Shown: piece by piece, positions 20,092-30,720 of the stretch
Numbering within the stretch: the stretch's first letter is position 1
Layout of the letters: every line of letters begins with the position of its first letter
DNA from: Trueperaceae bacterium
GTDB lineage: Bacteria > Deinococcota > Deinococci > Deinococcales > Trueperaceae
Reading direction: 5' to 3'
DNA length: 64,000 nucleotides
NCBI GenBank assembly: GCA_034520945.1
Contig: JAXHNB010000010.1
Location: 128,001-192,000, forward strand
Position numbers and translations under genes: made by a program
The notes under the pieces: model-generated
Database searches by the model: none
What the model saw: only the letters and a program-made list of their open reading frames with translations
What the model was told of the DNA's origin: nothing

Positions 20092-22329
20092 TCAATGGAA
20101 GTCGATCCGCTGGTTTGTGCCGGTGATGCGCCAGTAGCCGCCGACGGTGCTCGTCAGCGGGCCCGTGTGGCGGCCCGACCAACTTCCGACCTCGCCGAAC
20201 GTCATGTCCGCTGCCTGCAGCAGTACCCCGTCGGGGTCGGACCGGTCGGGCCGCTCGTCGGAGAGACTCCATGCGGTGCCCTGGGCGCGTTCGAGGACGT
20301 TGTTTCCTGGATCGCCGGGCGTGCCGAAGTCCAGCATGGCCGGTTCGTCGCGGATCTGGACGTTGTCGGCGAGGTTCGCCCGGAAGTCGCTGCCGCGCAC
20401 GCGGAGCTCACCGCCGTCCGCTGCGTAGGCCAGGCCGTTGTTCGCGTTGTCCCGTACGGTGACGCCCTCCAGGGTCAGGTCGCCGTCCGTGACGTAGAAG
20501 CCGTTGTGATTCTCGGCGTAGGTTCCGCCTTCGACCTGCACGTCCGCGCTGGTGCTCACGTAGGCGCCGGCGCCGGGATCGGGCGCGCCGCGTGAGGTGA
20601 CGTTCCGGAACGTGGCCGCGGCGGCGCCGGTCACGACGAGATTGTCCTGGCCGTTGTCGCGTACGGTGGCGCCGTCCACGATCAGGTCGCTGGGGCCGCC
20701 GGCGAAGATGCCCGCCCGGTCGGTGAACTGCGCGGGGTTGGCCTGGCCGTTCTCCGCGTATCGGCCGCCGCTCACCTCGAGTTGTCCCTCGTGGGCGCGC
20801 GCGCCCGAGAACCCGTTCTGCTCGACCGTGGCGTCGATCAGCACCACCTGGGAGTCATCACTTCCGTCCAGCAACACGCCGTGCTCGCTGCTGTCGCGAA
20901 TGGTGGCGTCCCGAACGCGAACGGCCGCATCCTCGACGAGGACGCCGGTCCCGTTGCCGACCAGTCGGCTCCCACTACGTACGGCCACGGGCGTGTCGTC
21001 GTCGGGGGCCAGCCAGGCGTGCACGCCGACGTCGTTGTTCTCGAGCGTCACGTTCGCCAGCGTGAAGCCGGCCGCCATCGCGCGAACGCCCGCGCCGTAG
21101 GCACGGACGGTGGTGGAATCGATGCGGTGCTCGCGCCCGATCATCGAGAACCCGTTGCCGCTTCCGTCGCCTACGGCCAGGCTGTCGCGCACCACCAAGG
21201 TGCCGCCGGGCACCGGGAGGAATCCGGCCGCGTCGCCGGTCGAGGCGCACGGCGCCGCCCCGTCGCAGCGGACGCGGGTGAGGTAGCCCGCGGTGTCGCC
21301 GTCCGGTAGGTGCAGCCCGCGCCCCGAGGTTTCGAGGGTGAGGTCCTGGAGGAACAGCTTCAGCGTCCCCTCGGCGTCGTTCGGTCGTTCCAAGCTGAGC
21401 ACGTCGCTTCTGCCGGCGTCCAGCACCACCCCGTCGCGGCTCTCCCCTTCCACGAACAGGGAGCGCCGCACCGTATAGTCGTACGGCTCGCTGTCGTACC
21501 GCCCGTCGAACAAAAAGACCTGCCCCACGTCCTGCGTGTCGGCCACCTCGAGGGCGCGCTCCACGGTGGCGACCGGCGCCTCGCGCGTGCCGGGGTCGCC
21601 GTCGTCCCCCTCGGGGCTCACGTAGACGGTGTTGCTGGGCGTGCCGGGATCGGCGCTCACCGTGACGCGGTCGCTGGCGGTTTCCTCGCCGTCCGACACC
21701 GTCACCTGCAGGGTGTAGGCGCCGCTGTCCTCCGGCGTGAAGGTCGGGGTGGGCGTATCGCCGCCGTTCAGGTCGGGCGCGTCGCCGGGCGCGGTGACGA
21801 AGCTCCAGGCGAAGTTGAGGTCGTCGCCGTCCGGGTCGCTCGAGCCGGTCGCGTCCAACGTCACGGACTCCCCCACGGTGACGTCCCGGTCCGTGCCCGC
21901 GTCGGCGTTCGGCGGCTGGTTCGGGTCGGAATCGTCCTGGGAGGCGGTGATCTCCGTGGTGGCCCGGTCCTCGGCGTCCCCATCGGAGACGCGCACGCGC
22001 ACCGTATAGCCCCCGGCCACGTCGGGCGTGAGTTCGGTCGTGGTGCCGCCCGCCGCGGACAGCGAGGCAGTGCTGGCCGCGGGCGCGTCCGTGAGGTCCC
22101 AGGCGAACGTCAGCCCGTCTCCGTCGGGGTCGGTGGAGCCGCTGGCGTCCAGCGTCACGGTGTCGCCGACCGTCGCGGCCTGGTCCGGGCCGAGGCGGGC
22201 CTCTGGAGGGCGATTGCCACCGTTCGATCCACCCGAGCCGCCGCATGCGGCCACGAGCACCAGGATGGAGGCTACGGCGCCGATCCATCCGGCGTGCCGC
22301 ACGCCGACGACGCCATCGCCGCGCGTCAT
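20092..22329 (-). CDS. Lipoprotein with two PKD/Ig-like domains and a right-handed beta-helix domain
   Basis: Lipobox VAAC; duplicated TLDASGSTDPDGD / TLDATGSSDPDGD; YVSPEGDD..PGT; N/G-rich parallel beta-helix repeats. Confidence 0.8.
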   Translation of the reverse strand: MTRGDGVVGVRHAGWIGAVASILVLVAACGGSGGSNGGNRPPEARLGPDQAATVGDTVTLDASGSTDPDGDGLTFAWDLTDAPAASTASLSAAGGTTTELTPDVAGGYTVRVRVSDGDAEDRATTEITASQDDSDPNQPPNADAGTDRDVTVGESVTLDATGSSDPDGDDLNFAWSFVTAPGDAPDLNGGDTPTPTFTPEDSGAYTLQVTVSDGEETASDRVTVSADPGTPSNTVYVSPEGDDGDPGTREAPVATVERALEVADTQDVGQVFLFDGRYDSEPYDYTVRRSLFVEGESRDGVVLDAGRSDVLSLERPNDAEGTLKLFLQDLTLETSGRGLHLPDGDTAGYLTRVRCDGAAPCASTGDAAGFLPVPGGTLVVRDSLAVGDGSGNGFSMIGREHRIDSTTVRAYGAGVRAMAAGFTLANVTLENNDVGVHAWLAPDDDTPVAVRSGSRLVGNGTGVLVEDAAVRVRDATIRDSSEHGVLLDGSDDSQVVLIDATVEQNGFSGARAHEGQLEVSGGRYAENGQANPAQFTDRAGIFAGGPSDLIVDGATVRDNGQDNLVVTGAAAATFRNVTSRGAPDPGAGAYVSTSADVQVEGGTYAENHNGFYVTDGDLTLEGVTVRDNANNGLAYAADGGELRVRGSDFRANLADNVQIRDEPAMLDFGTPGDPGNNVLERAQGTAWSLSDERPDRSDPDGVLLQAADMTFGEVGSWSGRHTGPLTSTVGGYWRITGTNQRIDFH

Positions 22330-24395
22330 TGCCCGAGCCCCTGGACCGCGGTTTCCACGGCGGCGCTGGCGCTGTCCGCCGTTTCACCTTCGGCGCGGAC
22401 ACGCAGGTCCAGGGCGTGGAAGCCGCTTCCGATCGCGACGTCGTTGCAGCTCAGCTCGAGCGTCGCCTGCCGTCCCGTGCCGAAGTCGACCGTGCCGGCG
22501 CCGAGGTCGTAGCTCCAGATCAGGTCGCTATCGTCCACGCTGGCGCTGGCCTGCGCCTCTACCTCGATGCGGTGGCACGGGTCGGTGGTGGGGAGCAGGT
22601 CGTACCTCCTGCCCTCGTTCGGCTCGCGGATCGTGACGACGGGATCGGCGTTCGGGTCGAACGGGCCGACCTCCACGGTCGTGGTGTCTTGCGCCGTCGC
22701 GCCGTGCTGGTCCTGATAGCTCAGCGTGACGGTCTTGCTGCCCTGCGCGGTGAACGAGGCGAGGATGCCGGCCCCGGAACCGCCGAGGCCGTCCTCCAGG
22801 TCCCAGACCAAGCGGTCGAGGTTCACCTGCGTTCCCTCCGGGTCTTCGCAGGTGGGATCGGTCGCGGTCCCGCGGAACGCAGCGTCGTTGCCTTCGCCGA
22901 CGCGATCGGGCGCTTCGACGATGGTCACCTCGGGCGCGGCGTTGGTGATGGTCACCGTCACCTGGGCGCTGGCGGTCGCGCCCTGCGCGTCGGTCGCCGT
23001 GGCGGTGACGGTGTGGTCGCCGGGGCATAGGTCGTTCACGGTGAACGTCGCGCCGCTGCCGCTCGGGTCGCGCCCCTCGACCCGCCACGACACGCTCGGG
23101 TCCCCTTCCGCGTCGCTGGCGTCGGCCTCGAAGGCGATGTCGGTCGCTTCGGGGAAGGTTTCGCCGTCGGACGGGTCGACGATGGCGATGTCGGGCGCGT
23201 TGTTGTCGGCGCAGGCGATCTCTTCGCGCAGCTCGGCGAAGACCTCGTCGTAGCTGGCCAGTTGCACGTCGATGACGGGCACGCTCACCTGATAGCCGTA
23301 GCTGGCGTTCAGTCCGCCGTAGACGCACCAGAGCGGGAAGCCGCGGGTCTGCGCCTCGGCGTCCAGGAAGGCGCGCCCGGTGATGGTTCCCGCCGCGCCC
23401 TGTTCGCCGTACAGCCCCACGGCGACGCGCGAACCGGCCGCGACCCGGGCCTCTGCGCTGGCTTCGAAGGTGGGCACGTCGTGGGTGAAGGAGCTGTGGG
23501 TTTCGTTGATGCCGCTCCAACCGTCCGAGCGTCGGTATCGACCCCCGACCTGCAGCGATGCGCTTTGCGCGACCCGGGTGGTCACCTCCGCCGTGAGCGT
23601 GCCGTCGAACTGCAGGAAGAAGGTCAGGTCGGCGGCGATGACGACGGGCACGGGCCCGATCAGGAACTCGATGCTGGCGATGTTGAGGGTCTTGAGTTCC
23701 TTCTCGGCCGAACGGTCGATCGTGCCCTCGGCCGAGAGCGTCAGGTCGATCTCTTCCTCGAGGGCGGCGGCCGCCTCGAAGCGCCGAACCCAGGTCTTGG
23801 GCTTCAGGGGTTGGGACTTGTCGATGCTCAGCTCGAAGATGAGCTCGGCGGCCGCGTCCACTTCGCCGTCGACACGCACCTGCGCGTCTTCGACGGAGAC
23901 GAGCACCTCGGACATGTCGAGTCCGAACGGCTTGTCGCCCTGTTGCGCGACGAATTGGGCGCCGCCCACGTGGCTCTGCGTGTTGGCGACATCGTCGGCT
24001 TCGAGCTGTCGGCGGAACTCGATGTCGGCGTGGTCGATCGCCTGCGTCAGGGTGGCCTGCTCGGTCTGGAGCACGACCTCGCCGCTTCCCTGCGCGTCGA
24101 TGTCGGTCACCGTTCGCAGGAAGCCGTCCGGCGCAGCGCCTTCGACGATCCCGGCCACCAGGACGTCCTCCTCTTGGAGCGAGGCCAGCACGTCCGTCTC
24201 GCGGGCGAAGCGCAGCGTCCCGTCGGCCTCCACGGCCGTGAGGGCGTCCGCGGTGTCGTCGTCCACGATCTTGGTGGTGTCCGGCACCACCACCTCTTGC
24301 TCGTCGGGCCCACTCCCGCCGGTGCCGCAAGCAGCCAGTAGTATCAGGGGAAGGACGGAGGTGACGATCGGCAGCCAACGTCGCGCGTGGTGCAT
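22326..24395 (-). CDS. Lipoprotein of unknown function with C-terminal PKD/Ig-like repeats
   Basis: Lipobox LAAC; paralog of 30962-32743; TATATDAQG repeats. Confidence 0.78.
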   Translation of the reverse strand: MHHARRWLPIVTSVLPLILLAACGTGGSGPDEQEVVVPDTTKIVDDDTADALTAVEADGTLRFARETDVLASLQEEDVLVAGIVEGAAPDGFLRTVTDIDAQGSGEVVLQTEQATLTQAIDHADIEFRRQLEADDVANTQSHVGGAQFVAQQGDKPFGLDMSEVLVSVEDAQVRVDGEVDAAAELIFELSIDKSQPLKPKTWVRRFEAAAALEEEIDLTLSAEGTIDRSAEKELKTLNIASIEFLIGPVPVVIAADLTFFLQFDGTLTAEVTTRVAQSASLQVGGRYRRSDGWSGINETHSSFTHDVPTFEASAEARVAAGSRVAVGLYGEQGAAGTITGRAFLDAEAQTRGFPLWCVYGGLNASYGYQVSVPVIDVQLASYDEVFAELREEIACADNNAPDIAIVDPSDGETFPEATDIAFEADASDAEGDPSVSWRVEGRDPSGSGATFTVNDLCPGDHTVTATATDAQGATASAQVTVTITNAAPEVTIVEAPDRVGEGNDAAFRGTATDPTCEDPEGTQVNLDRLVWDLEDGLGGSGAGILASFTAQGSKTVTLSYQDQHGATAQDTTTVEVGPFDPNADPVVTIREPNEGRRYDLLPTTDPCHRIEVEAQASASVDDSDLIWSYDLGAGTVDFGTGRQATLELSCNDVAIGSGFHALDLRVRAEGETADSASAAVETAVQGLGQ

Positions 24396-24564
24396 GGGCG
24401 CTTCCTTCCTTCTTCGGCGTTGCAGCGTTGCGTGTGCGCATGGCTTCGCCTGCCCCTCGTGCTCAGGCGAGGGACCCTCGGCGCATCGCGCACATCTACG
24501 TAGCCCGCCACCGTGTCACATGAGAACGAAACGTGTCAAACGCGACCGAGGTGCGATGACGCGG

Positions 24565-26883
24565 TCATTGCCCTGGCCGAAACGGCCCCGCCGCCAGCAC
24601 GTCCGGCACGCGGTCGGCCGGTACGGGCGGGCTCAGCAGGTAGCCCTGCGCTTCGTGCGCGCCCTCCCGCACCAGGGTCTTCCACGTCTCCAGGTCCTCG
24701 ACGCCTTCCGCCACCACGCGCAGCCCGAGCGCACGGCCGAGCACCGCGACGGTGCGCACGATGGCAAGGTCACGCGCGGCGCTCTCGGCAGATTCGGCGC
24801 GAAGTCCACGCACGAAGGCGCGGTCGATCTTCAGGGTGTCCAGCGGGAGCACGCGCAGGTGCGACAGGGTGCCGTGACCGCGGCCGAACCCGGCCAGGGC
24901 CACGCGGACGCCGGCGCGGCGGAGGTCGGCCAACCGCGCAGCGCGCGACGCGACGTCCGTCAGGGCGGCCCGTTCCAGCACCTCCAACTCCAGCGCCTCG
25001 GGGGGAAGGCGAGCCCCGTGCAGGATCTCCTCGATCTCGCGTACCAGATTCGCTCGTTCCAAATGGCGGGCGGCGATGGTGACGGCCACGCGCACGCCTG
25101 GCGCGCCACCTTCGCGCCAGCCCCGGGCTTCGCGGGCCGCCATCTCCAGGGCGCGGTCCTCGAGGGGCCGCAGAAGATGGGCGCGGTCGGCGACGTCGAG
25201 GAACGCTTCGGGCGTGAGCAGGCCCCGTTCGGGGTGCCGCCAGCGAAGCATCGCCTGAAGGAGCACGATGCGTCCCGTGGCCATGTCGACGCGCGGTTGG
25301 TAGTGCAGCTCGAACTCGTTTCGGTCCAGGGCGCGCCGGAGCGCCTCCTCGAGCGTCAACGACGCGCGCCGCGCCATCTCCATGGGAGGTGTGAACGTCC
25401 GCACGTCGCCCTTGCTCTGCGTCTTGGCCTCGTACATCGCCATGTCGGAGCGGCGCAGCAGGTCCTCCGCGCTGTGGCCGTCCTGGGGGGCACGACTGAT
25501 GCCGATGCTGGCGCCGATGTGAAGCTGGTGCGTACCGGATTGGACGGGCGCGTCGAGCGCCGCCAGGATCCCATCGGCACGTTCCTGGGCGTCGCCCGCC
25601 GTCGGGCCCGTGAGCATGACCGTGAACTCGTCGCCGCCGAGACGGGCCACCAGGCCGTCCTCGCCGATCACGCCCGTCAGGCGCTGTGCGACCGCGCGCA
25701 GCACGTCGTCGCCCGCGCGGTGCCCCAACGAGTCGTTGATCGGCTTCAGGTCGTCCAGGTCGACGAAGAGGACGGCGACGCGCGTGTCGCGAGGCGCGGA
25801 GGCGAGCGTGTCGTCCAGCGCTTCGACGAAGTGTCCGCGGTTGGCGAGGCCCGTCAGCGCGTCGTGGTAGGCGAGCTCGTGCAACTCGGCCTCCAGCGCG
25901 AAGCGCCGGAACAGCGTCGCCGCGTGCGCCCCGAAGATGCGGGCCATTTCGGTCGCTTCGCCACTGAACGCGCGGTGCGAGCTGAAGGAGTCCAACGTCA
26001 GCACCGCCGTGGGCACGCCGTCGATCACGATGGGGATCGCCAGGACGCAGCGGATCTCCTCGGTGCGGCCGACCGTTCGTAGGATCTCACCATGGACGAC
26101 GGTCGCCGGCGGCGGGGGCAACGGACCCTCGATGATGGCGGGGCGCACCTCCTTGTGCAACCTGCCGAATCCTGCGTTCTTGGGCGGGAAGCGCACCACC
26201 CGCAAGGCGTCCAGGTCGTACCCGACCGCCGCGACGAAGTCGAACATCCCATCCGCACTGCGCATCATCAAGGAGCCGGCTTCAGCACCATCGATCACGG
26301 CGACCGCACGCTCCAGCATGTGCTGGTAGAACGCCTCCGGGTCGCGGGTGGCCAGCCCCTGTTCGACGAGCTCCATCACGCTCCTGCGGAACTCCGTCAT
26401 GCGGGCCAGGTGACGTTCGCGCTCGCGGAGCGCTTCGCTCTGCAACACCAACGCGTGCACGTCGATGATGGTGCCGATGTGCCCCAGGTAGGTGCCGCCC
26501 GCGTCGAACCGGGGGCGCCCGCTGTCGTTCACCCAGCGGTGGGACCCGTCGCGGTGCAAGAGGCGGTAGTCGTACTTGAAGGCGCGTTGATCGTCGATGG
26601 CGCTCTGGTACTGCGCCCGGATCGCTTCGACGTCGTCGGGGTGCAGCACGTCGGTCCAGTCGCCGTGCAGGCTGTCGTGCCGGCTTTGGCCCGTCGACTC
26701 GTACCAGGCGCGGCTGAAGTAGGTCATGCGGCCGTCCGGCGCGGACAGCCACAGCACCGCAGGTGCGGCATCGGCGACGTCCGCGAAGTGACGTTCGCGT
26801 GCCGAAAGGTTCGTCTGGTGGCCGTCGCGGCGATCGCCGGACGGGTCGCTCCCCTCGCCTTCGTGCTCGTCGTCGAATGCCAT
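24565..26883 (-). CDS. PAS-GAF-GGDEF-EAL protein (intact GGDEF, degenerate EAL)
   Basis: PAS (HPDD, DGSHRW), GAF, DALTGLANR, RLGGDEF. EAL reads QAM and DDFGTG reads AGFGRG. Alternative start at 26940. Confidence 0.9.
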   Translation of the reverse strand: MAFDDEHEGEGSDPSGDRRDGHQTNLSARERHFADVADAAPAVLWLSAPDGRMTYFSRAWYESTGQSRHDSLHGDWTDVLHPDDVEAIRAQYQSAIDDQRAFKYDYRLLHRDGSHRWVNDSGRPRFDAGGTYLGHIGTIIDVHALVLQSEALRERERHLARMTEFRRSVMELVEQGLATRDPEAFYQHMLERAVAVIDGAEAGSLMMRSADGMFDFVAAVGYDLDALRVVRFPPKNAGFGRLHKEVRPAIIEGPLPPPPATVVHGEILRTVGRTEEIRCVLAIPIVIDGVPTAVLTLDSFSSHRAFSGEATEMARIFGAHAATLFRRFALEAELHELAYHDALTGLANRGHFVEALDDTLASAPRDTRVAVLFVDLDDLKPINDSLGHRAGDDVLRAVAQRLTGVIGEDGLVARLGGDEFTVMLTGPTAGDAQERADGILAALDAPVQSGTHQLHIGASIGISRAPQDGHSAEDLLRRSDMAMYEAKTQSKGDVRTFTPPMEMARRASLTLEEALRRALDRNEFELHYQPRVDMATGRIVLLQAMLRWRHPERGLLTPEAFLDVADRAHLLRPLEDRALEMAAREARGWREGGAPGVRVAVTIAARHLERANLVREIEEILHGARLPPEALELEVLERAALTDVASRAARLADLRRAGVRVALAGFGRGHGTLSHLRVLPLDTLKIDRAFVRGLRAESAESAARDLAIVRTVAVLGRALGLRVVAEGVEDLETWKTLVREGAHEAQGYLLSPPVPADRVPDVLAAGPFRPGQ

Positions 26884-26998
26884 GGCGTACCCCACCCTGT
26901 TCACATCCTCACGGTTGGACGTCTCAGCCCTACCGTTCATGGTGCCAGGGTATCCATTGGCCGCAACGGGGATCTTACTTCTGGCGAGGGGGCGTGGG

Positions 26999-28054
26999 TC
27001 AGTAGCGGCGAGCTGGGTCGTACACGTTGCGGAGGGGACGGCCGTCGAGGTAGCGCGTCAGGTTGTCGCAGAACAGCTCGACCAAGCGATCGTTCTCCTT
27101 GCGCGACGTGCTGGCCGAGTGCGGAAACAGGATCACGTTGTCCAGCGTCCACAACGGATGGTTGGACGGGAGGGGCTCCTGCGGCGCGACGTCCAGGACC
27201 GCGCCTGCCAAGGGACCTTGCTTCAGCGCATGCAACAGGGCCATCTCCTCGACCACGGCGCCACGACCGATGTTGATCAGCACGCTGCCTTGCTTCATGG
27301 CGCCGAAGGCCGCGGCATCGATCATGCCTTGCGTCTCGGGCGTCAGCGGCGTCGCGACGACGACGTAGTCCGCGCCTTCCAGCATGCGGTGCAGGTCGTG
27401 CGGAGCGTACAGCGCATCGACCCCGAGCACGTGAGGATCGACCTCGTGCGCGTGCCGCTTGGTGGCTGTGACCCGAACGCCGAACGGCCGAACCAGACGG
27501 GCAATTTCCCGCCCGATGCTGCCGAGACCGACGATCGCCAGGGACGACCCTTCGAGGTCGTCGTTGTGGAACCGTTCCCAGACCCGCGCCTCGCGTTGCC
27601 GGCGTGCGCGGGGGTAGTTCTTTGCGAACGCCAGCATCCCGAACAGGACGAACTCGGCCAGGGGCCGTGCGTGCACGCCGGCGGCGGTCGTGAGCGTGGC
27701 GCCCAAACCGTCCAGGCGGTAGCGCTGGACCAGCCCTCCGATGCCGGCACTGCTTAGCTGAATCCAACGAACCGCCTGCGCAGCGCGCATGAACCCTTCG
27801 ACGTCATGATAGTCCACGTCGAACGCGACCTCGGCCGTCGCCAGCATTTCGCGCCAGCAGCGTTGCGCGTCGTCGTCCCGCTGCGGTGGATCGCCGATAT
27901 GGTCGGCCTCGTACCGGGGCGTGGGTAGCAGCTCCGGGTGATGGTGCACCTGCAACCGTGGGGACACCCGCCGGATGCGCTCTACGTGCGATGCGTGCAA
28001 GGGGCTGACGATCGCCACGTCGACACCGTCGCCGGCTGGTCGTTCTCGGCTCAT
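26999..28054 (-). CDS. D-2-hydroxyacid dehydrogenase
   Basis: GLGSIG, PLTPET, INIGRG, LDV..QEP, PHSA. Confidence 0.92.
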   Translation of the reverse strand: MSRERPAGDGVDVAIVSPLHASHVERIRRVSPRLQVHHHPELLPTPRYEADHIGDPPQRDDDAQRCWREMLATAEVAFDVDYHDVEGFMRAAQAVRWIQLSSAGIGGLVQRYRLDGLGATLTTAAGVHARPLAEFVLFGMLAFAKNYPRARRQREARVWERFHNDDLEGSSLAIVGLGSIGREIARLVRPFGVRVTATKRHAHEVDPHVLGVDALYAPHDLHRMLEGADYVVVATPLTPETQGMIDAAAFGAMKQGSVLINIGRGAVVEEMALLHALKQGPLAGAVLDVAPQEPLPSNHPLWTLDNVILFPHSASTSRKENDRLVELFCDNLTRYLDGRPLRNVYDPARRY

Positions 28055-28178
28055 GGAGCCGGCCTCCTCTCGTTCCCGGGCGGAACCGTGGCGGGCCGAC
28101 GCTGGTCAAGGACGACCGTTCCTCCCGTCGCTCGTTGCTTCTTCCCTGCCGTGCGTCGAGGTTGCGCGGTCGATTGGC

Positions 28179-29102
28179 TCACACCGCGCGAACGCCGGCG
28201 TCCAGCGACAGGCCGACGCGCTGTACGGTGCGTTCCAACTCAGCGACGGTGCGCGCGTCGAGCGTCGCGCCGGGCGCACGCACGTGCGCGGAGGCGAACA
28301 CGCCCCGCTTCTGGTAGACGTGCTTACGGAACGCCAGGCCAATGCGGGGCTGAAACTCGTAGCGGATCAAACCCACGTAGCGGTAGAACGTTCGCGTCGC
28401 CCCCTCGTGATCGCCGGCGTCGAACTGCTCGAAGATGCGCACCAGCACTTCGGGAAACGCGAACCCCGTCATGATGCCGACCGCGCCGCGCTCCAGCTCT
28501 TCCAGGAAGTACTGGCCGCCCAGCCCCCCGAACACACCGATGGTCCCTTCGGACGCGTCGAGCACGTCGCTGAGTTTTTGGAGTACGGGGGGATCCTCGA
28601 GCTTGATGTAGGGCGCGAACCCATCACGCGCCAAGCGGCCGATGAGGTGCGGCGACAGCGTGATTCCGAACGAGGCAGGGTAGTCGTGCAGGATCAGCGG
28701 GATGCCTACCGCTTCGGCGACGCGGCGGTAGTGCGCGTACAACGAGGCGTCGCTCTGCGGGGCGATCGGCGCCACGAACACGGCGGCTGCGCCCCGCGCT
28801 TCCGCCTCCTGCGCTTGCTCGATCGCGCCGGCGGTCCCGAAGGCCCGCACGCCGACCCACACCGGGAAGCGGCCGTCTGCGCGCTCGACGACCGTGTCGA
28901 CGACCTGACGGCGCTCTTCGCCCGTGAGCTTGTGCGCTTCGCCCAGAAACCCGAGGATGGCGACGCCGTGGGCGCCGGCCTCGATCTGAAAGTCGATCAG
29001 GCGGCGAAGGCTGGCAAGGTCGAGGGTGCCGTCGTCCTTGAAGGGGGTGGGAAGGATCGGGTTGACGCCCCGCAACGCCGGTTTTTCATGGGCGCCCCTC
29101 AC
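28179..29102 (-). CDS. DHDPS-family aldolase-like protein
   Basis: PILPTPF, GFLGEAHKL, YIKLED, MTGFAFPE; close paralog of 61900-62805. Confidence 0.9.
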   Translation of the reverse strand: MRGAHEKPALRGVNPILPTPFKDDGTLDLASLRRLIDFQIEAGAHGVAILGFLGEAHKLTGEERRQVVDTVVERADGRFPVWVGVRAFGTAGAIEQAQEAEARGAAAVFVAPIAPQSDASLYAHYRRVAEAVGIPLILHDYPASFGITLSPHLIGRLARDGFAPYIKLEDPPVLQKLSDVLDASEGTIGVFGGLGGQYFLEELERGAVGIMTGFAFPEVLVRIFEQFDAGDHEGATRTFYRYVGLIRYEFQPRIGLAFRKHVYQKRGVFASAHVRAPGATLDARTVAELERTVQRVGLSLDAGVRAV

Positions 29103-29149
29103 GAGTGGCGCTTTTCGGTGTGCGCGAAGCGTTCATGCCGTCGGTGGCC

Positions 29150-29180
29150 ATCATACTGCGTAGCGAAACGTTGTTTCATT
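29150..29180 (-). promoter_or_regulatory. Promoter with KdgR/IclR-like operator
   Basis: Minus strand AATGAAAC-AAC-GTTTC palindrome followed by a -10 TATGAT, upstream of the DHDPS-like/dehydrogenase pair. Confidence 0.5.
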
Positions 29181-29267
29181 CTCATCGCTCGGCCAGTATG
29201 ACACGGGGGACATGGTCGGGTCGCGGGCGGAAGGAGACCTGCGCGGCGACCACGGCCGCCGCGCGGA

Positions 29268-29637
29268 CTACGGGGTGCGGGCTCGCTCGGATGTTCCGAT
29301 GCCGTACGCCCGCCACAGCGGCGGAACGACCCCTCGCATGCGCTCCTGCCCTGCGGGGCAGGTGCAGGAGGTCGCCCGCCGTCAACCGGTGGATTTCGCC
29401 TTCAGCGGTGAGGGCAAGTACGCCCCCGACGACCAAGAACGTCGCCTCCTCCCGGGTGTGGTGGTGCGGTACGGGCGGACCCGACGCGCCGGGCGCCACC
29501 TCGAAGGTGCAGATGGACACCGGCGCGCCGTGGTGCGCCTCGAGGTGGAGGCGAATGCGAACCCTGCCGGAGACGAGGACCCTCGCGCGGTCGGCGTGAA
29601 CCACCACGGGCCGGGGCGTGCTGGATGCGTCGCTCAT
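29268..29637 (-). pseudogene. Cupin-domain gene with internal deletion/frameshift
   Basis: PHHHTREEATFLVVGG...GDLLHLPR, after which homology stops. A cupin-like end (QERMRGVVPPLWRAYGI..*) follows in another frame. Confidence 0.65.
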
Positions 29638-29712
29638 GCCTCGAGCGTACGGGGGGTGCGCCGTGATGGCCATGAGGCGACGCGCCACCGTATTGGCATG
29701 ACGCGTCACGCC

Positions 29713-30720
29713 TCAGGTGGGGGCACGCCTGCGCGCTCGTGATGGCGGCGCGCCCGTCCAGCGCGTGTACGCCCGCGTGAAACTGGGCGGGTCGGCGTAG
29801 CCCAGCAGGTAGGCGATCTCGCCCACGGCGAGACGCGCCTCGGCGACGTGGTGGATGCCCCGCTCGCGCCGCACGTCCTCGGTGAGCGATCGAAACGCCC
29901 ATCCGCGCCGGTGCAGCCGCCGCTGCAGCGTGCGCGTACCCATAGCGAGCCGTGCGGCGACGTCGGCCAGGCGCGGCGTGCCCCCCGGCAGGTGCGTGGC
30001 GATCTCGGCGCGCACCACGTCCACGAAATCACGGTCCATGCCGGACCGAAGCCGTGCCACCTCGCGCCGCAACAGGGGCTGAAGGCCGCGGTAGCGACCG
30101 GGCAGGGGTTGGTCCAGCACGTCCCCGGCGTACGCCAGCCGGTTGCGTGGCGCGTCGAAGTGCACGTCGCACCCGAGCGCGTTCACGTAGCGGGCGGGTG
30201 CATCGAACGGCGGTCCCGCGAGCTCGGCTCGGATCGGCCGAGCGCCGTAGCGTCCGGTCATGCGCGCCAAGCCGGTCAACGCGTAGTCCCGTACCTGCTC
30301 TGGAATCGAGCCCCCGTAGCACAGGGCGCCCGCGTCGAGGTCGTAGACGAGGGTGGTGTGCCCACCGCTGACGACCGGGAAGGCGTGCGCGATGGCGGCG
30401 AGCCCCGCCCGCACCGTGTCGGCACTCGCGAACACGTACTCGAGGAGCCCTTGTGCGCCCTCCGGCAGGGCCTCGCCGGCGTGGAGGCCGAGGCCCGGCT
30501 TCGCCCACTGGACCTGCGCGGCCGGCCAGATGCGGGCCGTGGCGCTCAGCGGTATCCGCGCGTCCGGGTCGGCGAGGGCCGCCGCGTCGATGCCGGCCTC
30601 GCGGCGAATGCGGTCGTCGTCCAGACCCAGCGCCGTGAACGCCGATAGGCACGCGCGCAGGGCCAAGCACCACAGGGTCCCGGTCGGTGAACCTGCTCCC
30701 GCGATGCTGGGACGCGGCCG
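29713..30720 (-). CDS. AraC-family regulator (Arabinose_bd_2 + HTH); start codon unresolved
   Basis: DPDARIP, GLGLHAG, RTLQRRL, EIAYLLGY..F.RAY.RWTG.PP. No clear in-frame ATG/GTG near the expected N-terminus. Confidence 0.82.
   Translation of the reverse strand, partial: RPRPSIAGAGSPTGTLWCLALRACLSAFTALGLDDDRIRREAGIDAAALADPDARIPLSATARIWPAAQVQWAKPGLGLHAGEALPEGAQGLLEYVFASADTVRAGLAAIAHAFPVVSGGHTTLVYDLDAGALCYGGSIPEQVRDYALTGLARMTGRYGARPIRAELAGPPFDAPARYVNALGCDVHFDAPRNRLAYAGDVLDQPLPGRYRGLQPLLRREVARLRSGMDRDFVDVVRAEIATHLPGGTPRLADVAARLAMGTRTLQRRLHRRGWAFRSLTEDVRRERGIHHVAEARLAVGEIAYLLGYADPPSFTRAYTRWTGAPPSRARRRAPT

Noticed and set aside
24513..24540. TGTCAC/TGTCAA direct repeat upstream of the lipoprotein operon
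   Set aside because: Only 5-6 bp; not distinguishable from chance.
23380..26082. Long antisense/overlapping ORFs (also 8667-10886, 38176-40131, 58627-60471 and many others)
   Set aside because: Shadow ORFs typical of high-GC DNA; they have no motifs and lie opposite well-supported genes.
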